The notes beneath the pieces are model-generated. The model was not told the origin of the DNA, did no database searches, and saw only the letters and a program-made list of their open reading frames with translations. 64,000 nt of DNA from an uncultured Gammaproteobacteria bacterium (GTDB taxonomy: Bacteria > Patescibacteriota > Microgenomatia > UBA12405 > JAHJSD01): positions 2,251-66,250 of the forward strand of contig CAYRYE010000002.1 of assembly GCA_964428655.1 (NCBI GenBank). The letters are read 5' to 3'. Positions within the stretch are counted from its first letter, which is position 1; every line of letters starts with the position of its first letter. A program made the position numbers and the translations under genes. Positions 17,852 through 26,326 of the stretch are shown here, one piece after another.

Positions 17852-18145
17852 GTGATCAAAACAATCGGACAATCAAAGACCCTTGCCAACCTCCTGGATA
17901 AACTAGACATGCGGCGGAAGTATATTAAAAAAGAGTTTCAGTCTTATGGATTGGAATTGGCTGAAGAATTAAATGACTGGAAAAATCGTTCGCTCTATAT
18001 CAAGCTGGCCAAACAGCTGCCAAGAGAGATTTTGGAACAAGCGCGGCTATTTATTAAAGATCACCCACCGGGAAAAATAAAAAGCAAGGCGCGCCTTTTT
18101 ATGTGGAAACTAAAAGAACTAAAAGAAAAATATGGGAAGAAATGA
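17852..18145 (+). CDS. hypothetical small helical protein (97 aa)
   Basis: Intact ORF directly after tRNA-Ala. No recognisable motif. Confidence 0.3.
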   Translation: MIKTIGQSKTLANLLDKLDMRRKYIKKEFQSYGLELAEELNDWKNRSLYIKLAKQLPREILEQARLFIKDHPPGKIKSKARLFMWKLKELKEKYGKK

Positions 18146-18176
18146 GCTGCCCCCCGTATATGCTAAAATTAACTTA

Positions 18177-18992
18177 ATGAAAAAGGTTTTTATTCTACTC
18201 ACAGCAACGGCAGTAATTTTACCATTAGGATTACTGCTTCCTGTAAACAACAGTAAGGTGTCAGCGCCGCAGGTTTCGTCTCAAGAAGAGGAAGAAGAGG
18301 AATTAATCATCTCTGGCGTCATAGAAGCAGAAAAGAAAGTTGATTTAAAATTTAAAACTTCAGGGGAACTAGTTTGGGTAGGAATTAAAAAAGGAGATAA
18401 GGTCAAGAAAGGCCAAGCAATTGCTTCTCTGGATAAAAGAGAACTGGAAAAGAAATTTAAAAAAGAGATGAATGATTATCTTAATGAACGCTGGGATTTT
18501 GAACAAACTCAAGACGATTATAAAGAAACCAAAGACAGACATTTAATCACTGACGCTATTCAGCGGATTTTGGACAAAGCACAGTTTGACTTAGACAATA
18601 GTGTTTTAGATCTTGAAATCCAAAAACTTGCCGTAGAATACTCCGTCATTGCCACTCCTATTAGCGGCATTGTCACCCACATTGATCAGCCAATCGCCGG
18701 AGTCAATATCACGCCGGCCACGGCTGTTTTTACTATTGCTGATCCGACCAGTGTCTATTTTAAAGCCGAAGCTGATGAAGAAGAAGTAGTTAGATTAAAA
18801 AACGGACTAAAGGGCAAGATCCTTCTGGATGCTTATCTTGATCAAGAATTTGACTCACAAATTGATTCAATAGACTTCGCGCCAATATTAGACAAAAGCG
18901 GCCCCAATTATGCTGTCAAATGCGCTCTGCCAGAAAACACTGATCTTCGATTCAGACTGGGAATGAGAGGAGAGATAGAAATAAAGGAATGA
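18177..18992 (+). CDS. efflux membrane-fusion / periplasmic adaptor protein (HlyD/MacA-like)
   Basis: Signal anchor 'MKKVFILLTATAVIL'. Coiled-coil and lipoyl-like segments. Lies upstream of ABC ATPase and FtsX permease genes. The alternative start at 18132 is also possible. Confidence 0.55.
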   Translation: MKKVFILLTATAVILPLGLLLPVNNSKVSAPQVSSQEEEEEELIISGVIEAEKKVDLKFKTSGELVWVGIKKGDKVKKGQAIASLDKRELEKKFKKEMNDYLNERWDFEQTQDDYKETKDRHLITDAIQRILDKAQFDLDNSVLDLEIQKLAVEYSVIATPISGIVTHIDQPIAGVNITPATAVFTIADPTSVYFKAEADEEEVVRLKNGLKGKILLDAYLDQEFDSQIDSIDFAPILDKSGPNYAVKCALPENTDLRFRLGMRGEIEIKE

Positions 18993-19021
18993 TTAAAAAG
19001 AATTCAGGAAATTAAAATCCT

Positions 19022-19732
19022 ATGCTGCAGCTTCATAATGTTTCTAAAATCTATCAAATGGGTGATTCCCTAATTAAAGCCTTAGACAATGTTTCTATGA
19101 AAATAACAAGAGGGGAATTTATAGCCATTAGGGGAGTCTCAGGTTCGGGAAAATCAACCTTGCTTCATGTCCTTGGCGGCCTTGATCGTCCTGACAAGGG
19201 AACAATCATCTGGGATAAAAAAGATCTTTCCAAATTGTCGGACAAAAAGCTGGCCGAGTTTAGAAACCAAAAAATAGGTTTTGTGTTTCAACAATTTCAC
19301 CTTCTCCCCAAAACCAGCGTATTAGAAAATGTCCTCTTGCCAACAATCTATTCCGGGTCACTCCGGGAGTGGCCGCAAGACTCTCCGGACCGCTCATCGG
19401 AAAAACCCTATCAACGGGCGTTGCAAATTTTAAAAAAACTAAACCTTAGTGACAGATCCAGCCACACTCCCGCTCAACTATCCGGAGGCCAGCAGCAAAG
19501 GGTAGCCATTGCCCGAGCCTTAATAAATAACCCACAAACTATTCTGGCTGATGAACCAACAGGCAATCTTGATTCAAAATCCGGAAGCCAAATTCTAAAA
19601 ATACTTGAGAAGCTCAACAAAGAGGATGGTTTAACCATAATTGTCGTTAGTCATGACCGAGAAATTGCCAAAAAGGCCAAAAGAATTATTAAAATGAAAG
19701 ACGGCAGGATCATTAAAGACAGCGAAAAATGA
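19022..19732 (+). CDS. ABC transporter ATP-binding protein (MacB/LolD-type)
   Basis: Walker A 'GVSGSGKST'. Q-loop. Signature '[15 protein letters not shown]'. Walker B '[11 protein letters not shown]'. H-loop 'VSHD'. Confidence 0.85.
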   Translation: MLQLHNVSKIYQMGDSLIKALDNVSMKITRGEFIAIRGVSGSGKSTLLHVLGGLDRPDKGTIIWDKKDLSKLSDKKLAEFRNQKIGFVFQQFHLLPKTSVLENVLLPTIYSGSLREWPQDSPDRSSEKPYQRALQILKKLNLSDRSSHTPAQLSGGQQQRVAIARALINNPQTILADEPTGNLDSKSGSQILKILEKLNKEDGLTIIVVSHDREIAKKAKRIIKMKDGRIIKDSEK

Positions 19733-20943
19733 CAGCTAAAAGCATATCGTCAATTCAAAACTGGAAATATATTTTCAAAACCCTAGCTAAAAATAAGGCC
19801 AGGTCTGCGCTGACAGCACTAGGGATTATTATCGGCGTCTGGGCAGTCATTGTCTTAATTGCCATTGGCAATGGACTAAAAAACCATATTAACGAACAAT
19901 TTGAGAGTCTAGGCTCTAATGTTGTATTTGTTATGCCAATGAATCAATCACATATACAAGGAGGGGGAAGTTTTGGTCCCCCAGCCATGATTACCTTTGA
20001 AGAAAAAGATCTTAAAGAACTAAAAAGGATTAAACTCGCTAAAGATGTTGTCCCAACGGCCAACAAGTCCACCATTGTCAGCTATAAAAAAGATGAGACC
20101 TTTACCGAAATCCTTGGCACTACAAAAGAAATGGAAAATTCCAGCGGTCTAACTGCGGAATTTGGGAGATTTTTTACCTCTGCAGAAGAAGAGAGGGGGA
20201 GGCGAATCGTTGTCATTGGTTGGAAAGTTAAAGACGAACTCTTTGGCAATCAGGATCCGGTAGGAAAAAAAATAAAAATCGAGGATAAAATATTTACCGT
20301 CATCGGTAGTATTATCAAAAAGGGAGGCGGCGGCGCGCTGGGCGCCGATTACGACAACAAAGTTTATATTCCCTATAAAGCAATGTGGCGGCTAACAAAT
20401 GAGAAAAAATTTAATTTCATTCTTGTCAGCGCAAAAAGCCAAGAAGACATAGATTCATTAAAAAAAGAGATCCAGACTGTGCTTGAAAAAAACTATGATA
20501 AGGATGATTTTTCCGTTGTTGATCAATCGGAATTGCTCAGTACCATTGACAACATTCTTAATATCTTTACCGCCGCATTGTCGGGTATAGCGGCAATATC
20601 TTTAATAGTCGGCGGGGTTGGCATTATGAATGTAATGCTGGTTTCAGTAAAAGAACGCACAAGGGAAATTGGTTTGAGAAAAGCTGTTGGCGCCAATAAT
20701 GCTAACATTTTAACCCAATTTTTATCTGAATCGGTAATATTAAGTGTTATCGGCGGAACAGTTGGATTTCTTCTGGCCCTCCTAACCGCCAAAATTATCA
20801 GCCGCTTTTTCCCATCAAGTGTTACTCCGTGGTCAATAGTCTTGGCTTTGTTGGTTTCAAGCGCAGTAGGCATTATTTTCGGCATTGCTCCTGCCAGAAA
20901 AGCTAGCAAACTCTCGCCGGTTGAAGCGCTGAGATACGAATAA
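19729..20943 (+). CDS. ABC transporter permease, FtsX/MacB-like
   Basis: N-terminal TM, periplasmic MacB-like domain, then a C-terminal 3-TM FtsX domain. Translationally coupled to the ATPase. Confidence 0.8.
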   Translation: MTAKSISSIQNWKYIFKTLAKNKARSALTALGIIIGVWAVIVLIAIGNGLKNHINEQFESLGSNVVFVMPMNQSHIQGGGSFGPPAMITFEEKDLKELKRIKLAKDVVPTANKSTIVSYKKDETFTEILGTTKEMENSSGLTAEFGRFFTSAEEERGRRIVVIGWKVKDELFGNQDPVGKKIKIEDKIFTVIGSIIKKGGGGALGADYDNKVYIPYKAMWRLTNEKKFNFILVSAKSQEDIDSLKKEIQTVLEKNYDKDDFSVVDQSELLSTIDNILNIFTAALSGIAAISLIVGGVGIMNVMLVSVKERTREIGLRKAVGANNANILTQFLSESVILSVIGGTVGFLLALLTAKIISRFFPSSVTPWSIVLALLVSSAVGIIFGIAPARKASKLSPVEALRYE

Positions 20944-21031
20944 AAGCACGTCTTGTATTTCTTGTTATTTTTTGTTTATATTGTATCTATTACTTTATTT
21001 TTCCAAAAGGATTGAGAGGGGGTGAAACTGA

Positions 21032-21286
21032 ATGGATCAACCAATTAACAATGATGATGACCAGCAACCAGTTCAGCCAGCTGCGCCAACAGCAGGAATA
21101 ACAGAACCAACAACCCCAGCAATGAGCGGAGCAAAACCAACGGCTCCGGAAACAACCCCATTAGAAGAGCCAGCTCAATCGACAGTTGAACAACCAGAGT
21201 CAACCTTTGCTGGCTCTACCGCTGAACCAAAGAAAATGGTAACTTGCCCTCACTGCGGTCAGCAACATGAAGTCAGCGCAGAATAG
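21032..21286 (+). CDS. hypothetical Pro/Thr/Ala-rich small protein with C-terminal CxxC
   Basis: Good RBS (GAGGGGGTGA). 'CPHCGQQHEV' at the C-terminus. Confidence 0.4.
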   Translation: MDQPINNDDDQQPVQPAAPTAGITEPTTPAMSGAKPTAPETTPLEEPAQSTVEQPESTFAGSTAEPKKMVTCPHCGQQHEVSAE

Positions 21287-21474
21287 TTCTTATGCTTGAA
21301 CAACCAAAATTCGATGGCGCGCCTTTGGTACACCTGGAAAATGTATTGCTTTTGATATCCAAGTGAAGTTTATGTGAAAAGAAATAAATTATGATTCGGG
21401 CATTCCACTTTAAAACAATTTCTTGCTAAATTAAGCTTAAATACTATATACTACATATCAAATCCCAAGAAGAA

Positions 21475-21560
21475 CCAGGGGTGGCGGAGTGGTCAAACGC
21501 ACGAGTCTGTAAAACTCGCGGGTTATCCCTACGTAGGTTCGAATCCTACCCCCTGGACCA
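21475..21560 (+). tRNA. tRNA-Tyr (anticodon GTA), class II with long variable arm, C1:G72 acceptor pair, CCA encoded
   Basis: Hand-fold. Acceptor CCAGGGG/CCCCTGG. Anticodon stem CGAGT/ACTCG with loop CTGTAAA. Variable arm of about 14 nt. T-arm GTAGG-TTCGAAT-CCTAC. 3' end ACCA. Confidence 0.7.
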
Positions 21561-21585
21561 GTTGAGACTTTTTAAAGTAACCCCT

Positions 21586-22503
21586 CTATTGGATTGTACC
21601 GCCTTTTAGAATTCTAAACTTCTTTTCGGTTTCCCATATTTCCCTTAAATCGGCGTGATTTCTATCTGACTCCTGCATTAATCTCGCAAGGTTATCTAAT
21701 TCTTCTAATTGTTGCTTGGTCAATTGATCGAATTGGCCATACCCGTATTTAGGATAGTGCTGATAAATTATTTCATTACCCATAAGAGAATGAAAATCGT
21801 AAAAAAAGGCTTCGGAAATTGCCGGTAATCCACCCCACCCTGCCTGATTCCAAAATCGGCTTGCATCGATTTCTCCTTGACGAGCTGCCAGCCAAACATT
21901 AGCCGGAAAGTCAAAAGCCTCTTTTGGAATATCGTAGGGATCAAATTTTAAGTAAGGTTCGAGGCTGGCATCAACATCGATTAAAACCCACTTTTTTCCA
22001 ACTTTGTCCCAATATTCATTTACCCAATGATCAACACTTTTATCTTGACCATAAATTTCAAAATAAGGGGCAAATCCGGAGCGAACCCGAGCAGGAATTC
22101 CTTTTGATTTTAAGATTGAGGCCATTAGAATTGAAGTAAACCGGCAGGTAACTACCAGCCGGTCTTTTTCTGATCGGCCAGCAACAAGACCTCTGTTGTC
22201 TCGTCTATATAGTTCGGCCAACATCGCCGCAACCGTAGGGAAATTATCATCTTCTCGCTGTCGATACCAAGGAAGCTTGCTCATATCGCCATATCTTAGA
22301 TCCGAATTAGAACTTGTGTTTCCCATTTGGACAATGGCAACAGGTATTAGTTGGGCCCTGACCAGTCGCCCTATTTCTCTAACATCATCTGGTAGCCTTT
22401 TCAAATCTTCCTGAAATGGCCCAGGATGAGTGAAAGCGCTAAACTCGCGATGGTGGCTTAAGACCTCTTCACTTATTGGTTTTTCTTTACTTCTTTCATT
22501 CAT
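21586..22503 (-). CDS. transglutaminase-like superfamily protein
   Basis: Core 'TCRFTSILMASILKSKGIPARVRSGF' followed by 'DHWVNEYWDKVGKKWVLIDVDA', matching the Cys-His-Asp transglutaminase-like protease core. Confidence 0.55.
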   Translation of the reverse strand: MNERSKEKPISEEVLSHHREFSAFTHPGPFQEDLKRLPDDVREIGRLVRAQLIPVAIVQMGNTSSNSDLRYGDMSKLPWYRQREDDNFPTVAAMLAELYRRDNRGLVAGRSEKDRLVVTCRFTSILMASILKSKGIPARVRSGFAPYFEIYGQDKSVDHWVNEYWDKVGKKWVLIDVDASLEPYLKFDPYDIPKEAFDFPANVWLAARQGEIDASRFWNQAGWGGLPAISEAFFYDFHSLMGNEIIYQHYPKYGYGQFDQLTKQQLEELDNLARLMQESDRNHADLREIWETEKKFRILKGGTIQ

Positions 22504-22557
22504 ACTGTCTATATTGTACTAAATAAAAAAAATTCGCGCTGGGCACTGGAGAAAGGA

Positions 22558-23175
22558 GTGTGGGCAACAACAAATGACTGGGTTTTATTCATGGATTCAG
22601 ATTGCTTATTTGAAAATGGGGCCATCGCTAATTTTTATCAATCTATGATTAAGGGAAGTCCAGAAAAAGAAGTCTTTAAAGGAAAAGTTATTTTTGATGA
22701 CTCAGGGAATTTAATTAGCAAAATAATTGCCAAGTCACGTCAACACAATACTGCTGAAATGCTTACTGCTTACAAGCCTCCCCTTGCTTTATCTAAAAAA
22801 ATCGTGGATAAAACCGGAGGCTACTTCTTTAATAAAAAGCTTATATGGAGAGAGGATGCCGATTTAGATAACAGGCTAAGGATTGCCGGCATCAAAATCC
22901 GTCCTGTTCCTGGCGGTGTAATACACCATGGAGCATTGGATCTAAAAACAGATTTAAGAAGTACTTTTAGGTATGGAATTGGAGGAGCAATCGCTAAATC
23001 GCTAAACATCAGGCTCACCGACGTACCAAGATCTTTTTGGAGCACTTTCAAAAGTCAAGGATATTTGCCGGCGCTGTATATGCTTTTTATAAATAGATTT
23101 TATACCGCAGGATACTATTATCAAATGGCAAAAGATTTGTTTTGTAAAAAACAGCTAGTGTGGTCTAATAGATAA
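22558..23175 (+). pseudogene. glycosyltransferase family 2 C-terminal fragment (N-terminal ~90 aa missing, GTG start)
   Basis: ORF begins exactly at the GT2 DxD region 'DWVLFMDSDC' and continues through the 'WREDADLDNRLRIAG' (ED) motif. Only 54 nt separate it from the divergent upstream gene. Confidence 0.45.
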
Positions 23176-23189
23176 ATTTTGCGCGAGTA

Positions 23190-24152
23190 ATGTCATCAAA
23201 ACACAAAACAATTCTCACTGATCAAATAAGAAAAATGGCTCAGGAGACTATTGAAATGTCTAAAGACTTACTTACGATTGACGTTAACCTAATAGAGAAA
23301 GTTCTTGTTGATGAACTACTGACTTTTCAAAAAAAAGCAGGAGATAATTCGGACGCATTTGCTAAAAATGACCTAAATCTAAAAACAGAGTTGGGACTTC
23401 AAGTTTTTTTTAACATCGTTAACTTTTGTTTCAAGGACCCACTTACTGGTAAAGAATATCGGTACATTTCACAAAATGGCAACATTATTAAAAGATCCAC
23501 GGGCCTATTTTCCGCTTTGGCAGAATCAGATATTGATTGGAATAATTTGGATGAAGTCTCAAATATCTCTCAGGAGAATTGGAAAAAGCTGGCTCAGTTA
23601 AATAAGGGAAACAATCTTTATTTAAGTGAAGAAAGAGGTGAAAGATTAAGGAATTTTGCCCGCTATTTAATAAGCAAAGGTTACAGAACAATACAGATGT
23701 TTTTAGAGTCTACTGCCTATGACACTGTTTTAATCCTCCAGAACTTGATAGATAGTGGGTATTTTAAAGACGAGTTTTTAAAAAGAGCCCAGGTCACAGT
23801 TCGCAGAATAGATAACATTTTGAAACGCAGAGGTGAAGGTAAAATAGAAAGCGTTGAGACCCTCACTTGTATGGCGGATTACAGGATCCCGCAGGTTTTT
23901 TATAATCTTGGAGTGGTTAAGTTGAATTCTGATTTAAGTCGTAAACTTGAAGCTGAAAAACAAATAGGGTCAAATAGTAGGGAAGAGCTGGCTCTTAGAG
24001 CCGCAGTGGTAACCATTGGCAAACGACTCGCTGAAACTTTAAACATATTTGAATTCGAGGTTGATGGATTGTTGTGGAACATGTCTCAAAAAATGATGAA
24101 AGAAGGGAAATTAACAACTCCGCACATGATTGTAGCTACGGACAAGTATTAA
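23190..24152 (+). CDS. hypothetical protein, tentatively DUF2419 / queuosine-salvage (Qng1)-like
   Basis: Intact 320-aa ORF. Motifs 'FFNIVNFCFKDP' and 'MADYRIPQVF' recalled as resembling Qng1/DUF2419. The naming is unverified. Confidence 0.45.
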   Translation: MSSKHKTILTDQIRKMAQETIEMSKDLLTIDVNLIEKVLVDELLTFQKKAGDNSDAFAKNDLNLKTELGLQVFFNIVNFCFKDPLTGKEYRYISQNGNIIKRSTGLFSALAESDIDWNNLDEVSNISQENWKKLAQLNKGNNLYLSEERGERLRNFARYLISKGYRTIQMFLESTAYDTVLILQNLIDSGYFKDEFLKRAQVTVRRIDNILKRRGEGKIESVETLTCMADYRIPQVFYNLGVVKLNSDLSRKLEAEKQIGSNSREELALRAAVVTIGKRLAETLNIFEFEVDGLLWNMSQKMMKEGKLTTPHMIVATDKY

Positions 24153-24219
24153 AGTATTTAACTGCGGAAGGCTTCGGCTGAAGCCGAGCCGGAGCAAGAA
24201 GCGAACCCCGCGAAACGGT

Positions 24220-24426
24220 GTGAGCACAACATCAGCCATTGATGCCAAGGCTGAATATGAAATTTTCCAACAAATTCACAAGTTTGAAAAAAACAAAAAC
24301 GTAATCATGATTTCTCACGGCCTCACTGACTTATTAAGTTTGACCGTACGGACAAATAAAGTTGCAATACCAGATTTGTTTATGAAAAAAAATGTAAGAG
24401 GTGGAAGAGTGTCTGGCCCAAATTAA
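24220..24426 (+). pseudogene. C-terminal remnant of an ABC-transporter ATP-binding protein
   Basis: 'SAIDAKAEYEIFQQI...NKNVIMISHGL' matches the ABC D-loop (SALD) and H-loop (IxISHRL) only. No Walker A/B upstream. Preceded by the GC hairpin 24170-24185. Confidence 0.45.
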
Positions 24427-24557
24427 ACATCGTTTCATGGGAATACGAAAACGATTAAATTTCCTTTCCTGAAAATCAGGCGCGCATAAAAATAATTAGT
24501 CCCGAGTCACATAAGATACAGAGTAAACTTCGGGGCAGGGTTAGAATAAGTTTTCGT

Positions 24558-26246
24558 TCAAATATTAATTTTTGCCCTCTCCTTCTCGATAATTTCAGGG
24601 TCAATTTTTTTAAATAATGGCTTGGGAGAAACAATTTTAACTTCAGGCAAAAAGTTTGTTAAATACTTAATTATTTTCTCGGCGGGCCAAGTTTTAATTT
24701 TAATATTAAGCATTTTGGCTAACTTATAATTTGTTTCCGGCATTAAAGGCTCGGAAACTAAGTTAATAGCGAGAATAATTAACAAAGCATTTGTCATTAC
24801 TTTTTTAAACTCTTTTGAATTCTTTTCCAAGCTCCAGGGAGATTTTTGATTTAAATATTTATTGCCAAATGAGGCAATATCAATAAGTGTCTGAGAAAAA
24901 GATTTAAATTCACAATTCAAAGCATGGTCCCTTGCCTTTTGAATCAACTTTTCTATTTTAGCGCTCACGCTTTTTTCTATGTCCTTATTTGAAAAACCGC
25001 CCAATTCGCTTGATAGTTTCAGGACCCTGTTTATAAAGTTGCCAAGATCGGCTATTAAAACATTATTGTTTATCTCGACAAAATGCGCCCAGGAAAAAGA
25101 AGCATCTGAAGTCTCGGGAAAGATCAAGCTAATATAAAACCTAACCGGATCAACACCATATTTTTTCCCAATATAATTCGAGTCAACAATAACATTGCGG
25201 CTTTTAGAAAACTTGCATCCCTCTAAGTTAAGAAAATGATTAATTACCGGAAAATCAGGCAAATGGATATTCTTGTAAGCTCCGTAAAGCTGGGCTGGCC
25301 AAAAAAGAGTATGGAAAGCCAAATTATCCTTGCCCATAAAATAATAATGAGTGGCTGATTGTTTCGAATACCAAAAATCTCTCCATTTATCAGTGCCTTT
25401 GGCCCACTCGATTGAGGCAGAAAGATAGCCAATTACCGCCTCAAACCAAACATAAATCCTCTTATTTTCCGCTCCTTCTATCCGTAAATTCTTTGACAGC
25501 TTTTCAACAGGGATTTTTATCCCCCAATCCAAATCTCTGGTAACGCACCTTGCCCTAAGGCCTTTTTTAAGCCACCCCAATGTTTCTTTTAAAACCCAAT
25601 TCCGCCAATGAGGTCCTTTATCGCTAACATATCTTTTAAGAAAAGATTCTAATTTTGGAAGGTCAAAGTAATAATGTTCTGTTTCTTTCAGTATCAATCG
25701 TTGATCAGTAAGTTTACTTTTCGGGTCAATTAACTCACCCTGCTCCAACACTTTGCCGCAACCGTCGCACTGGTCGCCCCGCGCCTCGCCAGATTTGCAA
25801 AAAGGGCAAACTCCTTCCACATATCTGTCGGGAAGAAACCGATTTTCATCCGGAGAAAAATATTGGCGGGATCTCTTTTTAAAAAGATAGCCGTTTTTAG
25901 CCAACCTGGCAAATACCTCATGGACTACTTTTTGGTGGTTTTTGGTAGTGGTTTTGGTGTAAATATCAAAAGAAAGTTTATAAAGTTCGAAAAGAGCCTT
26001 ATGTTTAGGATGATATAAATCAACAACTTTTTTCGGGGAAATACTTTTCTCCTCAGCCTCAACCGTAATCGGCGTGCCATAGCAATCAGATCCGGAAACC
26101 ATCAAAACATTGTTGCCAATATACCTATGAAAACGAGCGCAAATATCAGCCGGAATTAAATATCCCGCTAAATGACCCACATGAAGTTCGCCATTTACAT
26201 AAGGCCAGGCTACTCCAATAAAAATATTTTTTTTATTCATCATCAC
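24558..26246 (-). CDS. metG: methionyl-tRNA synthetase
   Basis: HIGH-type motif 'HVGHLAGY'. Zn knuckles 'CPFCKSGEARGDQCDGCGK'. KMSKS-type 'KFSKSR'. Confidence 0.9.
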   Translation of the reverse strand: MMMNKKNIFIGVAWPYVNGELHVGHLAGYLIPADICARFHRYIGNNVLMVSGSDCYGTPITVEAEEKSISPKKVVDLYHPKHKALFELYKLSFDIYTKTTTKNHQKVVHEVFARLAKNGYLFKKRSRQYFSPDENRFLPDRYVEGVCPFCKSGEARGDQCDGCGKVLEQGELIDPKSKLTDQRLILKETEHYYFDLPKLESFLKRYVSDKGPHWRNWVLKETLGWLKKGLRARCVTRDLDWGIKIPVEKLSKNLRIEGAENKRIYVWFEAVIGYLSASIEWAKGTDKWRDFWYSKQSATHYYFMGKDNLAFHTLFWPAQLYGAYKNIHLPDFPVINHFLNLEGCKFSKSRNVIVDSNYIGKKYGVDPVRFYISLIFPETSDASFSWAHFVEINNNVLIADLGNFINRVLKLSSELGGFSNKDIEKSVSAKIEKLIQKARDHALNCEFKSFSQTLIDIASFGNKYLNQKSPWSLEKNSKEFKKVMTNALLIILAINLVSEPLMPETNYKLAKMLNIKIKTWPAEKIIKYLTNFLPEVKIVSPKPLFKKIDPEIIEKERAKINI

Positions 26247-26326
26247 TAAAATTATACCAGAACAAAATCACCAACTCTGCCCATACGAGGTGGTTTTTCT
26301 TTTCAAAAAAGATTACTATCCTCACA

